A stretch of DNA of 64,000 bases from Eledone cirrhosa (Eukaryota), in contig OZ024753.1 in NCBI GenBank assembly GCA_964016885.1, positions 9,548,001-9,612,000 on the forward strand, read 5' to 3'. Position numbers and translations under genes: made by a program. Shown here in pieces: positions 41,116-53,592 of the stretch. The stretch's first letter is position 1. Each line of letters opens with the position of its first letter. The notes beneath the pieces were generated by a model, which was not told the origin of the DNA, searched no databases, and was given only the letters and a program-made list of their open reading frames with translations.

Positions 41116-41222
41116 CTGTTTCTTGTTGGTTGGTACATTGCATTTTACTGATGATCGTCAGAAGTTGGTGAGCTGCCTGGGCAATGGTCATGAAGCGTGG
41201 TGCCTCATACACTTTGCGACCT
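41116..41222 (-). CDS. DPH5: Internal exon of diphthine methyl ester synthase (DPH5)
   Basis: Minus strand reads ttttttactttgatAG|A GGT CGC AAA GTG TAT GAG GCA CCA CGC TTC ATG...GAA ACA G|GTaacg. Translation GRKVYEAPRFMTIAQAAHQLLTIISKMQCTNQQET matches the conserved DPH5 segment GRKIYEPPRYMSVNQAAQQLLEI. Canonical AG/GT sites, 107 bp, phase 2 to phase 1. Confidence 0.9.
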
Positions 41223-41231
41223 CTATCAAAG

Positions 41232-41273
<42 letters not shown>

Positions 41274-41366
41274 AAGTATTTCTGTGGAAAAGGTAAAAGA
41301 AAGAAGAGTGCTCTATGTGTAGTACAGAGCTATTTAATCATCTTCATATAAGTGTGTCTATGTGTG

Positions 41367-41397
<31 letters not shown>

Positions 41398-41446
41398 CAT
41401 CATCATGATGATGATGATATATATACATATATATATATATATATAA

Positions 41447-42102
41447 TTAGAAATAAGAGGGATCAGATGTTGTTTACTCGAGAGAAGGCTACGTTGGTAT
41501 GGACACGTGATGCGCATGAAAGTCGATAGCTGTATAACAAAGTGCAGGGCAATAAAGATAGACGGTAGCCACGGAATAGGCAGACCTAGAAAAACCTGGG
41601 ACGAGCTGATAAACTCCGACCTCACACACTTACACCTCTCCAAGACAATGTCACTGGACCGAGACCTTTGGCGGTACTCAATAATAGAGAAGACCCGCCT
41701 TACCTAAATACATAGTAAAACCTACTACAGTCAGTAGGCATCTCTAACAAAATACACCCCCGTCCCACCACCCCCACCCCATCCACACCGCCCCCTTCTA
41801 TGTAAAGTTATGTTGGTGCCACACCATCCAGGCCGAAACAAATGAGATCGTGTAGGTGTCACGACAAAAAAACACACAGTCCACGCTGTAATGTGGCCGT
41901 GTAGGCAACACGGTTAAAACCTCCCAGACCCACACTGTAAATGTGGTTGGTGTTAGGAAGGGCATCCAACTGTAGAAAACCTGCCAGACAGTCAGTCCTA
42001 TGCGAGCAAGACAATTACTCTTGCCTCAAGTGGGAAAACCCCCGTCCAAACCCATGCAAGCGTGGAACACGGACGTTAAACGTTGATGATGATGATGATG
42101 AT
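41447..42102 (+). mobile_element. RTE-clade LINE 3' fragment with 3'UTR and (GAT)n tail
   Basis: ERRLRWYGHVMRMKVDSCITKC..GRPRKTWDELINSDL..DRDLWR. Confidence 0.85.
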
Positions 42103-42257
42103 ATATATATATTAAAGAGTTAAACAAGATTCAATGAGTACATCAAAGAATGAGTTTTACAGTAGATTGGAAGCACTCTACAGTAAAAAATATTTTCCAG
42201 AGTTATTAATATTAAAATACAAATATTAATAAAATAGATGTTCTTGTGATTAATTAA

Positions 42258-42310
42258 ATTTTATTATACATATTTCAGAGGTACAACAGTACGTCCTCAT
42301 CAGATAAAAT
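42258..42310 (-). ncRNA. Type I hammerhead ribozyme, family H1
   Basis: Minus strand: attttat-CTGATGA-ggacgtac/gtacctct-GAAA-tatgtATA-ataaaat. Confidence 0.78.
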
Positions 42311-42532
42311 AAAATGATACATGACATACCCTGAGATGTTAAATGGTTAAGATTTGGATATATATAAAATCTATTATAAATGAAAGTGAGGCTGAAATAA
42401 AATAACGGAAAAAATTCATGTACACACAGAATCAGATATATGTAGATGCGCACAACGTAAAATTAGGGATAAAGATATAAATATATATATACGATATTAA
42501 ATAAATGGAAACTATATTTATAAAACCATATT

Positions 42533-42597
42533 TATTTCATTATACATATTTCAGGGATACCAAATTAAAATATGGTATGCCTTCATCAGACAAAATA
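42533..42597 (-). ncRNA. Type I hammerhead ribozyme, family H1 (mirror arm)
   Basis: Reverse complement of 42647-42711. Confidence 0.75.
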
Positions 42598-42646
42598 CAA
42601 TATAATAGGGTACGTCAAAATTATTTATAAAACTGTTTATATATTG

Positions 42647-42711
42647 TATTTTGTCTGATGAAGGCATACCATATTTTAATTTGGTATCCCTGAAATATGT
42701 ATAATGAAATA
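42647..42711 (+). ncRNA. Type I hammerhead ribozyme, family H1
   Basis: tattttgt-CTGATGA-aggcatacca/tggtatccct-GAAA-tatgtATA-atgaaata. Confidence 0.8.
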
Positions 42712-42825
42712 AATATGGTTTTATAAATATAGTTTCCATTTATTTAATATCGTATATATACTCCAAAAACTTGTCAGTTATAAAATATTTACTTGTTGTA
42801 TCCCAACAATTTTAAATAGAACTTT

Positions 42826-42887
<62 letters not shown>

Positions 42888-42919
42888 ATATTTGGATATA
42901 TATTATATCCAAATAAAGA

Positions 42920-42990
42920 TTCCTTCTGACGAACGATATCAGACATTTCTGTTAGAATCGTCTAACTTCGTGAAACCTTGTGTAATGGAA
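42920..42990 (+). ncRNA. Type I hammerhead ribozyme, family H4
   Basis: ttcctt-CTGACGA-acga..tcgt-GAAA-ccttgtGTA-atggaa. Sister of 56163-56230. Confidence 0.6.
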
Positions 42991-43015
42991 TAATTATATT
43001 GTGTTGTTTATTACG

Positions 43016-43059
<44 letters not shown>

Positions 43060-43458
43060 GCACATGGCTTAGTGGTTGTGAGTTCAATTCTCAGACCGGG
43101 TGATGTGTTGTTTCCTTGAGCAAGACACTTTATTTCACATTGCTCCAGTTTACTCAGCTGTAGAAATGAGATGATAGGGACTGGGGTCCCTATCATTCCA
43201 CTGTAAAGTGGTCGTGGAGGTGCTACGGCAAAAAAAGCACCCAGCACTCACTGTAAATGAGGTTGGTGTTAGGAAGGGCATCCAGCTGTAGAAATCAAGC
43301 CAGAATCAGTTCACGTCCCACCCTTGCAAGCAAGGAAAAGCGGACGTAAAATGATGATGATGATAATGATGATGATGAACCTGTTATTTTTATCTAAAGA
43401 CATTTTTTTTCCAATCCCATCCCACCCGTCGCTTCAATCTATCTAATTTCTCATTCTT

Positions 43459-43494
43459 TCTTCTGATGAAGGACTAGTGTCCGAAACGTTAAGA
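43459..43494 (+). ncRNA. Minimal hammerhead ribozyme, family H5
   Basis: tctt-CTGATGA-aggactagtgtcc-GAAA-cGTT-aaga. Palindromic aacgtt stem III typical of Penelope-associated minimal hammerheads; stem I is only 4 bp. Confidence 0.6.
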
Positions 43495-43698
43495 TCCTTT
43501 TGCTGCTATTTCAAGCGTTAACCTAATATATTCCTCTTCCATATACTGTACTGATTGTGTTGTTATTTCTGTTTACCTTTTACATACACACACACACATA
43601 TATAAATAAATATATATATAATCATCATCATCATCATCATCATCATCAACATCATCATCGTTTAAGGTCCATCTTCCACGCTTGCATGGGTTTATATA

Positions 43699-43748
<50 letters not shown>

Positions 43749-44050
43749 AATATATTTATATATATCGAAATGTGAGATGGTTAAGGTATTGTCCACTAGC
43801 AAAGCATAGATAAAAATTTAGATGTGTTAATGTCTGTGATTGTATGTTTACATATGTGTATATATGTAATATGTGTATGTATGTATAAATTTGATTTATA
43901 GTATGTATGTATGTGTATGTGTACCATCAACAGTTATCTTCCTGAGTTCATTAAATTATTGCTTAATCAGCAATAAATTTTTCCTTTATTTTTTCTCTTT
44001 GAAGAGAAATACATTTATTTTTTTTATTACCATTTTTGTCATAATGTTTC

Positions 44051-44111
<61 letters not shown>

Positions 44112-44333
44112 GTACACACACACATATATATATATATGAACATTTATTGTTCTATGTGAGATAACCTGATTTATTGTCAACATTCTGCTAGTCCAACCTC
44201 TTTCTTTGTTCATTAATATTTAAGGTAAATTTAATGTAGATAAAACTACACTTTTTGAAAGTGAAGCTTTCACTGTCAAAAAATGAAGTGTAAATACTTT
44301 CTATTTACACTTTATTTGTACACAGAGCTTATA

Positions 44334-44515
44334 CAGGTAAAATTCCCTTATAATGAATACCATTATAACGAATTTTTCAGTATAATGACATTTTTTTCAA
44401 TCCCAGCCACACGCCCGATGTGTTACGTCGATCTCATTATAAAGAATTTTTCGTTACACAAATTTTTTCTTATACTTTTATACCCCATGAATTTCATTAT
44501 AACAGAATTTCACTG
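44334..44515. mobile_element. pogo/Tigger-like MITE
   Basis: TA|caggtaaaattcccttataatgaa ... ttcattataacagaatttcactg|TA. Confidence 0.6.
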
Positions 44516-44778
44516 TATTTCAAAAATTGTAGCTATATCTTTGTTAAATCTACCTTAAATATTCCAATATATGCTGAGTTCTACCATAAAAATCCGCATT
44601 ACTGTTTAATGTCCATTTTTCCATGTTAGCATGGATCAGAAGAGTTGCCCCATTTCAGACAAGTCCCATACCCTAGAAATGCTATATGCCACTCTGGTGC
44701 ATCTACGACTCTATCAAGAGTTATGGGACCATGTATGCATGGATTAGACTAGTACTTTATTTATCAACATCTAAAGGA

Positions 44779-45155
44779 TTAACCCTTTAGAATTTACATT
44801 ACTCTATATATACTATTGTATTTTGTGGTAAAGGCTTTATTTTACATAATTATCTCACATAACATTTACATAACTCTATATATATACTATTGTATTTTTG
44901 TAGTAAAGGCTTTATTTTACATAATTATCTCACATAACATTTACATAACTCTATATATATACTATTGTATTTTTGTAGTAAAGGCTTTATTTTACATAAT
45001 TATCTCACATAATATCGAATCTATGAGATTTTGATGTTATCTAATTTGAGAACAATACCTTAATATCAGTATAGGCGACCAGTTACGCTAGTTTAAATAG
45101 AAAGAGGTGAGAGAATTGCAGCCAGATACGGCTGGTTTAAATACTAAAGGGTTAA
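44779..45155. mobile_element. piggyBac-type MITE with TTAA TSDs and an internal ~67-bp triplication (related copies ~3571-4105, 5628-6502, 6505-7364, 59036-59250, 60951-61508)
   Basis: TTAA-ccctttagaattt ... aaatactaaaggg-TTAA. Confidence 0.75.
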
Positions 45156-46094
45156 GGCAAATCTGACCCCCAGCATAATTTGAACTCAGAGAGAGAAGAG
45201 GAGAAAGTAATACTGCAAAGTGTTCTATTTGACATGCTAACAGATCTGCCAATCTGCTACCTTTTTTGTAGATATACACCCATTCTAAATCAGGCATAAA
45301 CAGAGAGAGAGAAACACATTTAAATGTAATATCAACCATTGCATGCTTACATTAAGCCCCTTTTGATACTAACCCACCCATAATTGAATTGCTCGGATCA
45401 TTTTCAGGGACTGCAGATGTTCATAATTTTCCAACAAAAAGGACTAATTTTTCCAACAACAATTTTTGGGGGCTGCTGCAGCTGCACTTCTAAGCACCCC
45501 CTCAGCAATATGCCACTGAACTCACCTAACCATCCCCTGCCCCCGATCCTGAACTGTATATTTTAAACTATTCATAATTATATTAAAACTTTTAAAGAAA
45601 TATTTAAGTAATTTTTCAAACATTACCTCACTAATGAAAAGGTTAGTTGTCTCATTAAATTCTTCCAATTATATTAAAAAAAAAAAATTAATTGAGACAC
45701 ATAGGCAGTGCAGAAATACAGGAACACAAGTGTTCAAGAAAAACAAAACAATGATGATGATGATGATTCATATACAGAAACTTTAGAGGAGACAACATCT
45801 ATAGATTTCAACTAGGAAATATTTCAACAAGGAACCCAAACAAGGGCTACTCTTAAACAGCATATGTCTTCAACTTGAGACAAAAAGATAATTTTTACAC
45901 TTTTGATAATAATATTTTTTTCATTGCTTTCTTTTTATAATTAACTAAAAAAATGTAATTGATAATTAGTTACAACTATAATGAAATAATTGTTTTTTGT
46001 TGCTGTTTGTATTAGTTTTTTGGTGTGTTTTTAATGAGTGATTTTTTTGCCTTGAATTACTTTCTATGTATGGGTAAGACTCATTGTTATATAT

Positions 46095-46525
46095 TTTATT
46101 TCATAAAACTGTTATATATTTTACTACACAAGACTGTTATATATTTTACTGCATAAAACTGTTATATATTTTACTACATAAAACTGTTATATAATATTCT
46201 ACTACATAAAAATGTTATATAATATTTTACTACACAAGACTGTTATATAATATTTTACTAAATAAAACTGTTATATATATTACTACGTAAGACTGTTATA
46301 TAAGATTTTACTACGCAAGACTGTTATATAATATTTTACTACATAAGACTGTTATATAATATTTTATTAAATAAAACTGTTATATAATATTTTACCACAT
46401 AAGACTATTATATAATATTTTACTACATAAGACTATTATATAATATTTTACTATATACCACGTAAGACTGTCATATAATATTTTACTACATAAGACTATT
46501 ATATAATAATTTACTACATAAGACC
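46095..46525. repeat. ~26-29-bp minisatellite (tactacataagactgttatataatattt)
   Basis: Direct reading. Confidence 0.85.
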
Positions 46526-46934
46526 CCCCAAAAATTAAAAAAATTATATCTGAGAAAAGGACAAAAATCCAAACCCCATTTATAAGCTGAAGCAGCTAAT
46601 CAACAGTGTTTAGGTGGTGTATATAAGCTGATGACCCCCCCCCCCCCCCTCTCAACACATTTTTACCATCGATTTTTTGGTCACATATTCCTCAGCTGAT
46701 ATTTAAGTATATATGCTATATACAGAAGTCCAGAAAACAAAGTTGGCACCAACAAGATTGGAACCCAGAATGTAAAGTATTTTGTCCAACACTCTAAGAA
46801 TACTGCCAATGTGCTATTCTGACAAGAATAAGTACATACATGCATGCATGGCCCCGTAACTCCAGAAGGGGCACTGTATTGACATACACAGTTTCTAGGG
46901 CATTTTATTTTAACCTGGCAGAGCCCATCTCATT

Positions 46935-47485
46935 TCCTGGTCTGAATACTGTAGATTTCTACCAGGAAAGGATAGAGAGAGTGAGAGAGAATGGAAGTGA
47001 GAAAGAGATATAGTGGAAGTATTGACCCCAGTTCATGACTGGTACTTCATATTAATATACCTCTCCAGGTCTGAATACTGCAGATTTCTTCCAGAGATGG
47101 ATACTGAGTGTGAGAAAGAGATATAGTGGAAGTATTGACCCCAGTTTATGACTGGTACTTCATATTAATAGACCTCTCCAGGTCTGAATACAGCAGATTT
47201 CTTCCAGGGATGGATACTGAGTGTGAGAAAGAGATATAGTGGAAGTATTGACCCCAGTTCATGACTGGTACTTCATATTAATACACCTCTCCAGGTCTGA
47301 ATACTGCAGATTTCTTCCAGGGAAGAATAGTGAGTGTGAGAGAGAGATATAGTGGAAGTATTGACCCCAGTTCATGACTGGTACTTCATATTAATAGACC
47401 TCTCCAGGTCTGAATACTGCAGATTTCTTCCAGGGAAGAATAGTGAGTGTGAGAGAAAGATATAGTGGAAGTATTGACCCCAGTT
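46935..47485. repeat. 113-bp tandem repeat, ~5 copies, derived from a dispersed repeat (cf. 1175-1290)
   Basis: ctccaggtctgaatac at 47063, 47176, 47289 and 47402. Confidence 0.85.
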
Positions 47486-48575
47486 CAATGAAATTAATAC
47501 TACAAAGCATTCTATCTGACGTTCTAATGACTCTACCAATTGGCTGCCTTAAGAATAAGTAATAACACAAAAACAGAGTCAAATAAGGAAAGTGCTGCAA
47601 AAGTTTTCAACATAGAATGTAGAATGTAGGAAAAAAACAAATATATTTAATATCTTAATTTGACTAAGACCTAATTATAAATTGTATGAAAGTTTATAAG
47701 GTAAACATTTACATCAAACAACTCCTAAATTATTATACCTTACAACATACACAAGAAGATTGCATGGTAGGATACCCAAATTGTACAAAGAAATTCCGAC
47801 TCTCAGGAAAGTCTTTTATGATATTTTAGTTGCAGTCACAAACACAAAACAAGTATTGCTTCTGTAATATAGAACTAACTGATGTTCCTAATGAAAATCT
47901 TCATAGAAACTGCAACATCTGTGCTCTAGCAGGTGTCAGATGAAGCTTTCATCTTCCTAGCTCTCTAATCTGTACACTCACACACACATATATATATATA
48001 CATATATATATATATCATCATCATCATCATCAGGTTTAGCGTCCGTGTTCCACGCTTGCATGGGTTTGGACGGGGGTTTTCCCACTTGAGGCAAGAGTGG
48101 TTGTCTTGCTCGCATAGGACTGTCTGGCGGGTTTTCTACAGTTGGATGCCCTTCCTAACACCAACCACATTTACAGTGTGGGGCTGGGAGGTTTTTACCG
48201 TGTTGCCTACACGGCCACATTTACAGCGTGGACTGTGTGTTTTTTGTCGTGACACCTACACGATCTCATTTGTTTCGGCCTGGATGTTGTGGGACCAACA
48301 TAACTTTACATTGAAAGGGCGGTGTGGGTGGGGTGGAGGTGGTGGGATGGGGGTGTGTTTTGATAGAGATGCCTACTGACTGTAGTAGGTTTTTACTTTG
48401 TATTTAGGTAAGGTGGGTCTTCTCTATTACTGAGTACCGCCAAAGGTCTCGGTCCATATATATATACATATATATATACATATATATACGTACGTTATTC
48501 CGGGTTGAGTCGGAGGTAACCACAGTAAGTAAGGTACTCAATACATTGCAGAGTATAAAAGTTTTAATATAGATG

Positions 48576-48626
48576 AGATTCTACAGGACTAGAACTGTTT
48601 CATTCTTTAGAAATCATCAGGAATCT
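48576..48626 (-). ncRNA. Type I hammerhead ribozyme, family H3
   Basis: Minus strand: agattc-CTGATGA-tttctaaagaat-GAAA-cag(ttctagtc)ctGTA-gaatct. 6-bp stem I, closed stem III, GUA triplet. Confidence 0.78.
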
Positions 48627-48752
48627 GGGTATCAAAAAATAAATATGGTATTTATAAGTGGGGAGTGGGATGGGTGTAGGTCATTGGTTGATAGAAAAGG
48701 GAATTCATTAAAAGCTAATTCTACAAAGCTATAGTTTATTTTTATTAATTTT

Positions 48753-48806
<54 letters not shown>

Positions 48807-48942
48807 CATATATATACATATATATAAACATATATATATATCGCCATCATCAGATTTATGTAATGCGTGTATGTGTGTGACAATATATATAAATATATAT
48901 ATATATATAGTTAAAAGAATAGAGGTGTAACACACAAGTTAT

Positions 48943-49590
48943 TATATATTGGTAAACGGAATAGAAAATGCTGACAAATTGTTCACAGTTGAAAAATGGT
49001 TTAATTAGGAATAAAAGAGTATTAGTGATTGTATGGGTTAGTATTCAGTTGTGGTTTTAAGTTTTTAAGTTTTTACCGGTTGCGCATTTCTAAATGCTTT
49101 TCAAAAATAATTTTGAGATAGAGTGTCCGTGTTGTTTGCCCTGATCTGATTAGTTTTGGGAATTCTACCTGTTTTTATGTTAAAAAAGTGGCTCCAGCGC
49201 TACTTTGGTGTTGCAAAAATTCTTGTGGTCAAAACAATTTTGATTGGTCGGTAGAGGTCATGTGAATGTAAAAAATTGATTTTGCGCCAAGACTGTTTTT
49301 ATGTTAAAAAAGTGGCTCCAGCGCTACTTGGTGTTGCAAAAATTCATGTGGTCAACTTTTTTAACATAAAAACAGGTAGAATTCCCAAAACTAATCAGAT
49401 CAGAGCAAACAACACGGACACTCTATCTCAAAATTATTTTTGAAAAGCATTTAGAAATGCGCAACCGGTAACTTAAAACCACAACTGAATACTAACCCAT
49501 ACAATTACTAATACTCTTTTATTCCTAATTAAACCATTTTTCAACTGTGAACAATTTGTCAGCATTTTCTATTCCGTTTACCAATATATA
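48943..49590. repeat. ~240-bp inverted repeat with an internal ~60-bp direct duplication
   Basis: Arms at 48943-49189 and 49355-49590. 49169-49232 is repeated at ~49293-49355. Confidence 0.85.
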
Positions 49591-49782
49591 TATAATTATT
49601 TCTACTTTTGGCACAAGGCCAACAATTATCCCAGTGTATTACTGGTACTCCATTTTATTGACCCCGTAAGAATGAAAGGCAAAGTTAACCTCGGCGGGAT
49701 TTGAACTCAGACCATAAAGGGCCGTAACTCTTTACTGCTAAGCATGGCGTCAGACCCTCTACCGATACTACCAATCCACCGC

Positions 49783-49848
<66 letters not shown>

Positions 49849-50037
49849 AAAGAGAAAACACAGGTAAGCATTAAAAAAAGGATTTTATCCAGGTATTTAC
49901 GACCGTTTCATTGGTAAGCGCAACCTTATATCGTTATACTGCAAATAGCAGCCACTCGGTTATAACTGTTATTCACCTTTCTACCACAAACTAGATTACA
50001 ATATGCAATTTTCTGCTTTCCTAACTATATATATATA

Positions 50038-50105
<68 letters not shown>

Positions 50106-50223
50106 TATATATATATATATATATATATGTACATATATAAATATATATATATGTACATATATATATATATATATATGTACATATATATATATATATATGT
50201 ACATATATATATATATATATATA

Positions 50224-50259
<36 letters not shown>

Positions 50260-50305
50260 TATATATATATATATATATATATGTACATATATATATATAT
50301 ATATA

Positions 50306-50375
<70 letters not shown>

Positions 50376-51137
50376 TATATATATGTACATATATACATAT
50401 ATATATAGGCACCTCTAACAAAAATACACCCCCGGCCCCACTACCCCCACCCCATTACACCACCCCTTCCTCTGTAAAGTTATGTTTGTACCACAACATC
50501 CAGTCCTAAATAAATGAGGTCATGTAGGTGTCACGACAAAAAAACACACAGTCCACGCTGTAATGTGGCCGTGTAGGTAACACGGTAAAAACCTCCCAGT
50601 CCACACTGTAAACGTGGTTGGTGTTAGGAAGGGCATCCAGCCGTAGAAAACCCGCCAGACAGTTCTATACGAGCAAGATAACCAATCTTGTCTCAAGTGG
50701 GAAAATTCCCGTCCAAACCCATGCTAGCATGGAAGATGGATGTTAAACGATGATGATGATATATATATGTACACACATATATATATATATATATGTATGT
50801 ATGTATATATGTGTGTGTGTGTGTACATATATATATATATATGTGTGTATGTGTGTGTGTATGTATGTATATAAAACTAGATCTGAAAGATGACATATCA
50901 ATTCATATCTTCACTAACAAAATCACAGACTAAAAGTAAGTATAAAATTAAATAAAATACCATACTATGTGAAAAAGAAATATGTGTCTATATGTAATTT
51001 TATTTAATCTGTAATATAAGAAGAGCTACGTCTGTCTGCCACACATATGTTGAAAATGAAACTCAATCATTTTTTTTTCCTTGTTTTCTGTTTTCCTCGA
51101 TGTCAAAAGTCAGGGTTATATCTGTTAACTGTGTCTG

Positions 51138-52950
51138 CCTACCTATCTGATTTTCTCGCTAGCTTAACTCTTTAGAATTTAAACTGGCCACATTGAGCCA
51201 GAGTTATCTCACTGTTACCTACCTATCTGATTTTCTCGCTAGCTTAACTCTTTAGAATTTAAACTGGCCACATTGAGCCAGAATTATCTCACTGTTACCT
51301 ACCTATCTGATTTTCTCGCTAGCTTAACTCTTTAGAATTTAAACTGGCCACATTGAGCCAGAATTATCTCACTGTTACCTACCTATCTGATTTTCTCTCT
51401 AACTTAACTCTTTAGCATTTAAACTGGCCACATCGAGCCAGAGTTATCTCACTGTTACCTACCTATCTGATTTTCTCTCTAGCTTAACTCTTTAGCATTT
51501 AAACTGGCCACATTGAGCCAGAATTATCTCACTGTTACCTACCTATCTGATTTTCTCGCTAGCTTAACTCTTTAGAATTTAAACTGGCCACATTGAGCCA
51601 GAATTATCTCACTGTTACCTACCTATCTGATTTTCTCGCTAGCTTAACTCTTTAGAATTTAAACTGGCCACATTGAGCCAGAATTATCTCACTGTTACCT
51701 ACCTATCTGATTTTCTCTCTAGCTTAACTCTTTAGCATTTAAACTGGCCACATTGAGCCAGAATTATCTCACTGTTACCTACCTATCTGATTTTCTCTCT
51801 AGCTTAACTCTTTAGCATTTAAACTGGCCACATTGAGCCAGAATTATCTCACTGTTACCTACCTATCTGATTTTCTCGCTAGCTTAACTCTTTAGAATTT
51901 AAACTGGCCACATTGAGCCAGAATTATCTCACTGTTACCTACCTATCTGATTTTCTCTCTAACTTAACTCTTTAGCATTTAAACTTGCCACATCGAGCCA
52001 GAATTATCTCACTGTTACCTACCTATCTGATTTTCTCTCTAGCTTAACTCTTTAGAATTTAAACTGGTCACATTGAGCCAGAATTATCTCACTGTTACCT
52101 ACCTATCTGATTTTCTCTCTAACTTAACTCTTTAGCATTTAAACTTGCCACATTGAGCCAGAATTATCTCACTGTTACCTACCTATCTGATTTTCTCTCT
52201 AGCTTAACTCTTTAGCATTTAAACTGGCCACATCGAGCCAGAGTTATCTCACTGTTACCTACCTATCTGATTTTCTCTCTAGCTTAACTCTTTAGCATTT
52301 AAACTGGCCACATTGAGCCAGAATTATCTCACTGTTACCTACCTATCTGATTTTCTCGCTAGCTTAACTCTTTAGAATTTAAACTGGCCACATTGAGCCA
52401 GAATTATCTCACTGTTACCTACCTATCTGATTTTCTCTCTAACTTAACTCTTTAGCATTTAAACTTGCCACATCGAGCCAGAATTATCTCACTGTTACCT
52501 ACCTATCTGATTTTCTCTCTAGCTTAACTCTTTAGAATTTAAACTGGTCACATTGAGCCAGAATTATCTCACTGTTACCTACCTATCTGATTTTCTCTCT
52601 AACTTAACTCTTTAGCATTTAAACTTGCCACATCGAGCCAGAATTATCTCACTGTTACCTACCTATCTGATTTTCTCTCTAGCTTAACTCTTTAGAATTT
52701 AAACTGGTCACATTGAGCCAGAATTATCTCACTGTTACCTACCTATCTGATTTTCTCTCTAACTTAACTCTTTAGCATTTAAACTTGCCACATCGAGCCA
52801 GAATTATCTCACTGTTACCTACCTATCTGATTTTCTCTCTAACTTAACTCTTTAGCATTTAAACTGGCCAATTTCGGCCAGAATTATCTCACTGTTAACT
52901 ATGTTGCCTACCTACCTATCTGCTTTTATCTGCTTTTCTCTCTAGCTTAA
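51138..52950. repeat. 80-bp tandem repeat, ~22 copies, containing a piggyBac-MITE terminus
   Basis: Period 80 (51181, 51261, ...). The unit includes ttaactctttagcatttaaactggccacattgagccagaattatctcac; compare 59036 ttaaccctttagcatttaaaccggccacatttggccagagttctctcac. Confidence 0.92.
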
Positions 52951-53190
52951 CTCTGTGAAAACCAAGAGGTGCGTGTGTTTTTATTGGCAACATGGCCCTT
53001 CCAAAGTATAACAATATATATTATCATCATCATCGTCATCATCGTTTAACGTCTATCTTCCACGCTAGCATGGGTTATATGGGAGTTGTCCCACTTGAAG
53101 CAAGATTGATCAGGTGACCGCGTCTTACTCATATAGGACTGTATCTGACAGGATTTTTACAGCTGGATGCCCTTCCTAACACCAACCACA

Positions 53191-53592
53191 TTTACAGTGT
53201 GGACTGGAAGCATTTTTACCATATCTCCTACACGACCACCTTACAGCATGGACTGGGTGCTTTTTGTCGTGTCACCTACACGACCACTTTACAGCGTGGA
53301 CTGGGTGCTTTTTGTCGTGTCACCTACACGGCCACTTTACAGCGTGGACTGGGTGCCTTTTGCCGTGTCACCTACACGACCACTTTACAGCGTGGACTGG
53401 GTGCTTTTTGTCGTGTCACCTACATGACCACTTTACAGCGTGGACTGGGTACTTTTTGTCATGTCACCTACACGACCACTTTACAGCGTGGACTGGGTAC
53501 TTTTTGTCGTGTCACCTACATGACCACTTTACAGCGTGGACTGGGTACTTTTTGTCGTGTCACCTACACGACCACTTTACAGTGTGGACTGG
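53191..53592. repeat. 48-bp tandem repeat, ~8 copies, inside an RTE 3'UTR
   Basis: Unit ttacagcgtggactgggtgctttttgtcgtgtcacctacacgaccact. Confidence 0.9.

Larger units (their letters stand above)
42484..42830. mobile_element. Second hammerhead-bearing fold-back element between (TA)n tracts
   Basis: Inverted arms at ~42484-42604 and 42640-42760. Homologous to 20257-20670. Confidence 0.75.

Noticed and set aside
47739-47861. Exon-like segment on the minus strand (acceptor ttctatattacag, donor AAG|gtataa)
   Set aside because: It has stops in all three frames and no DPH5 similarity. It cannot be supported without RNA data.
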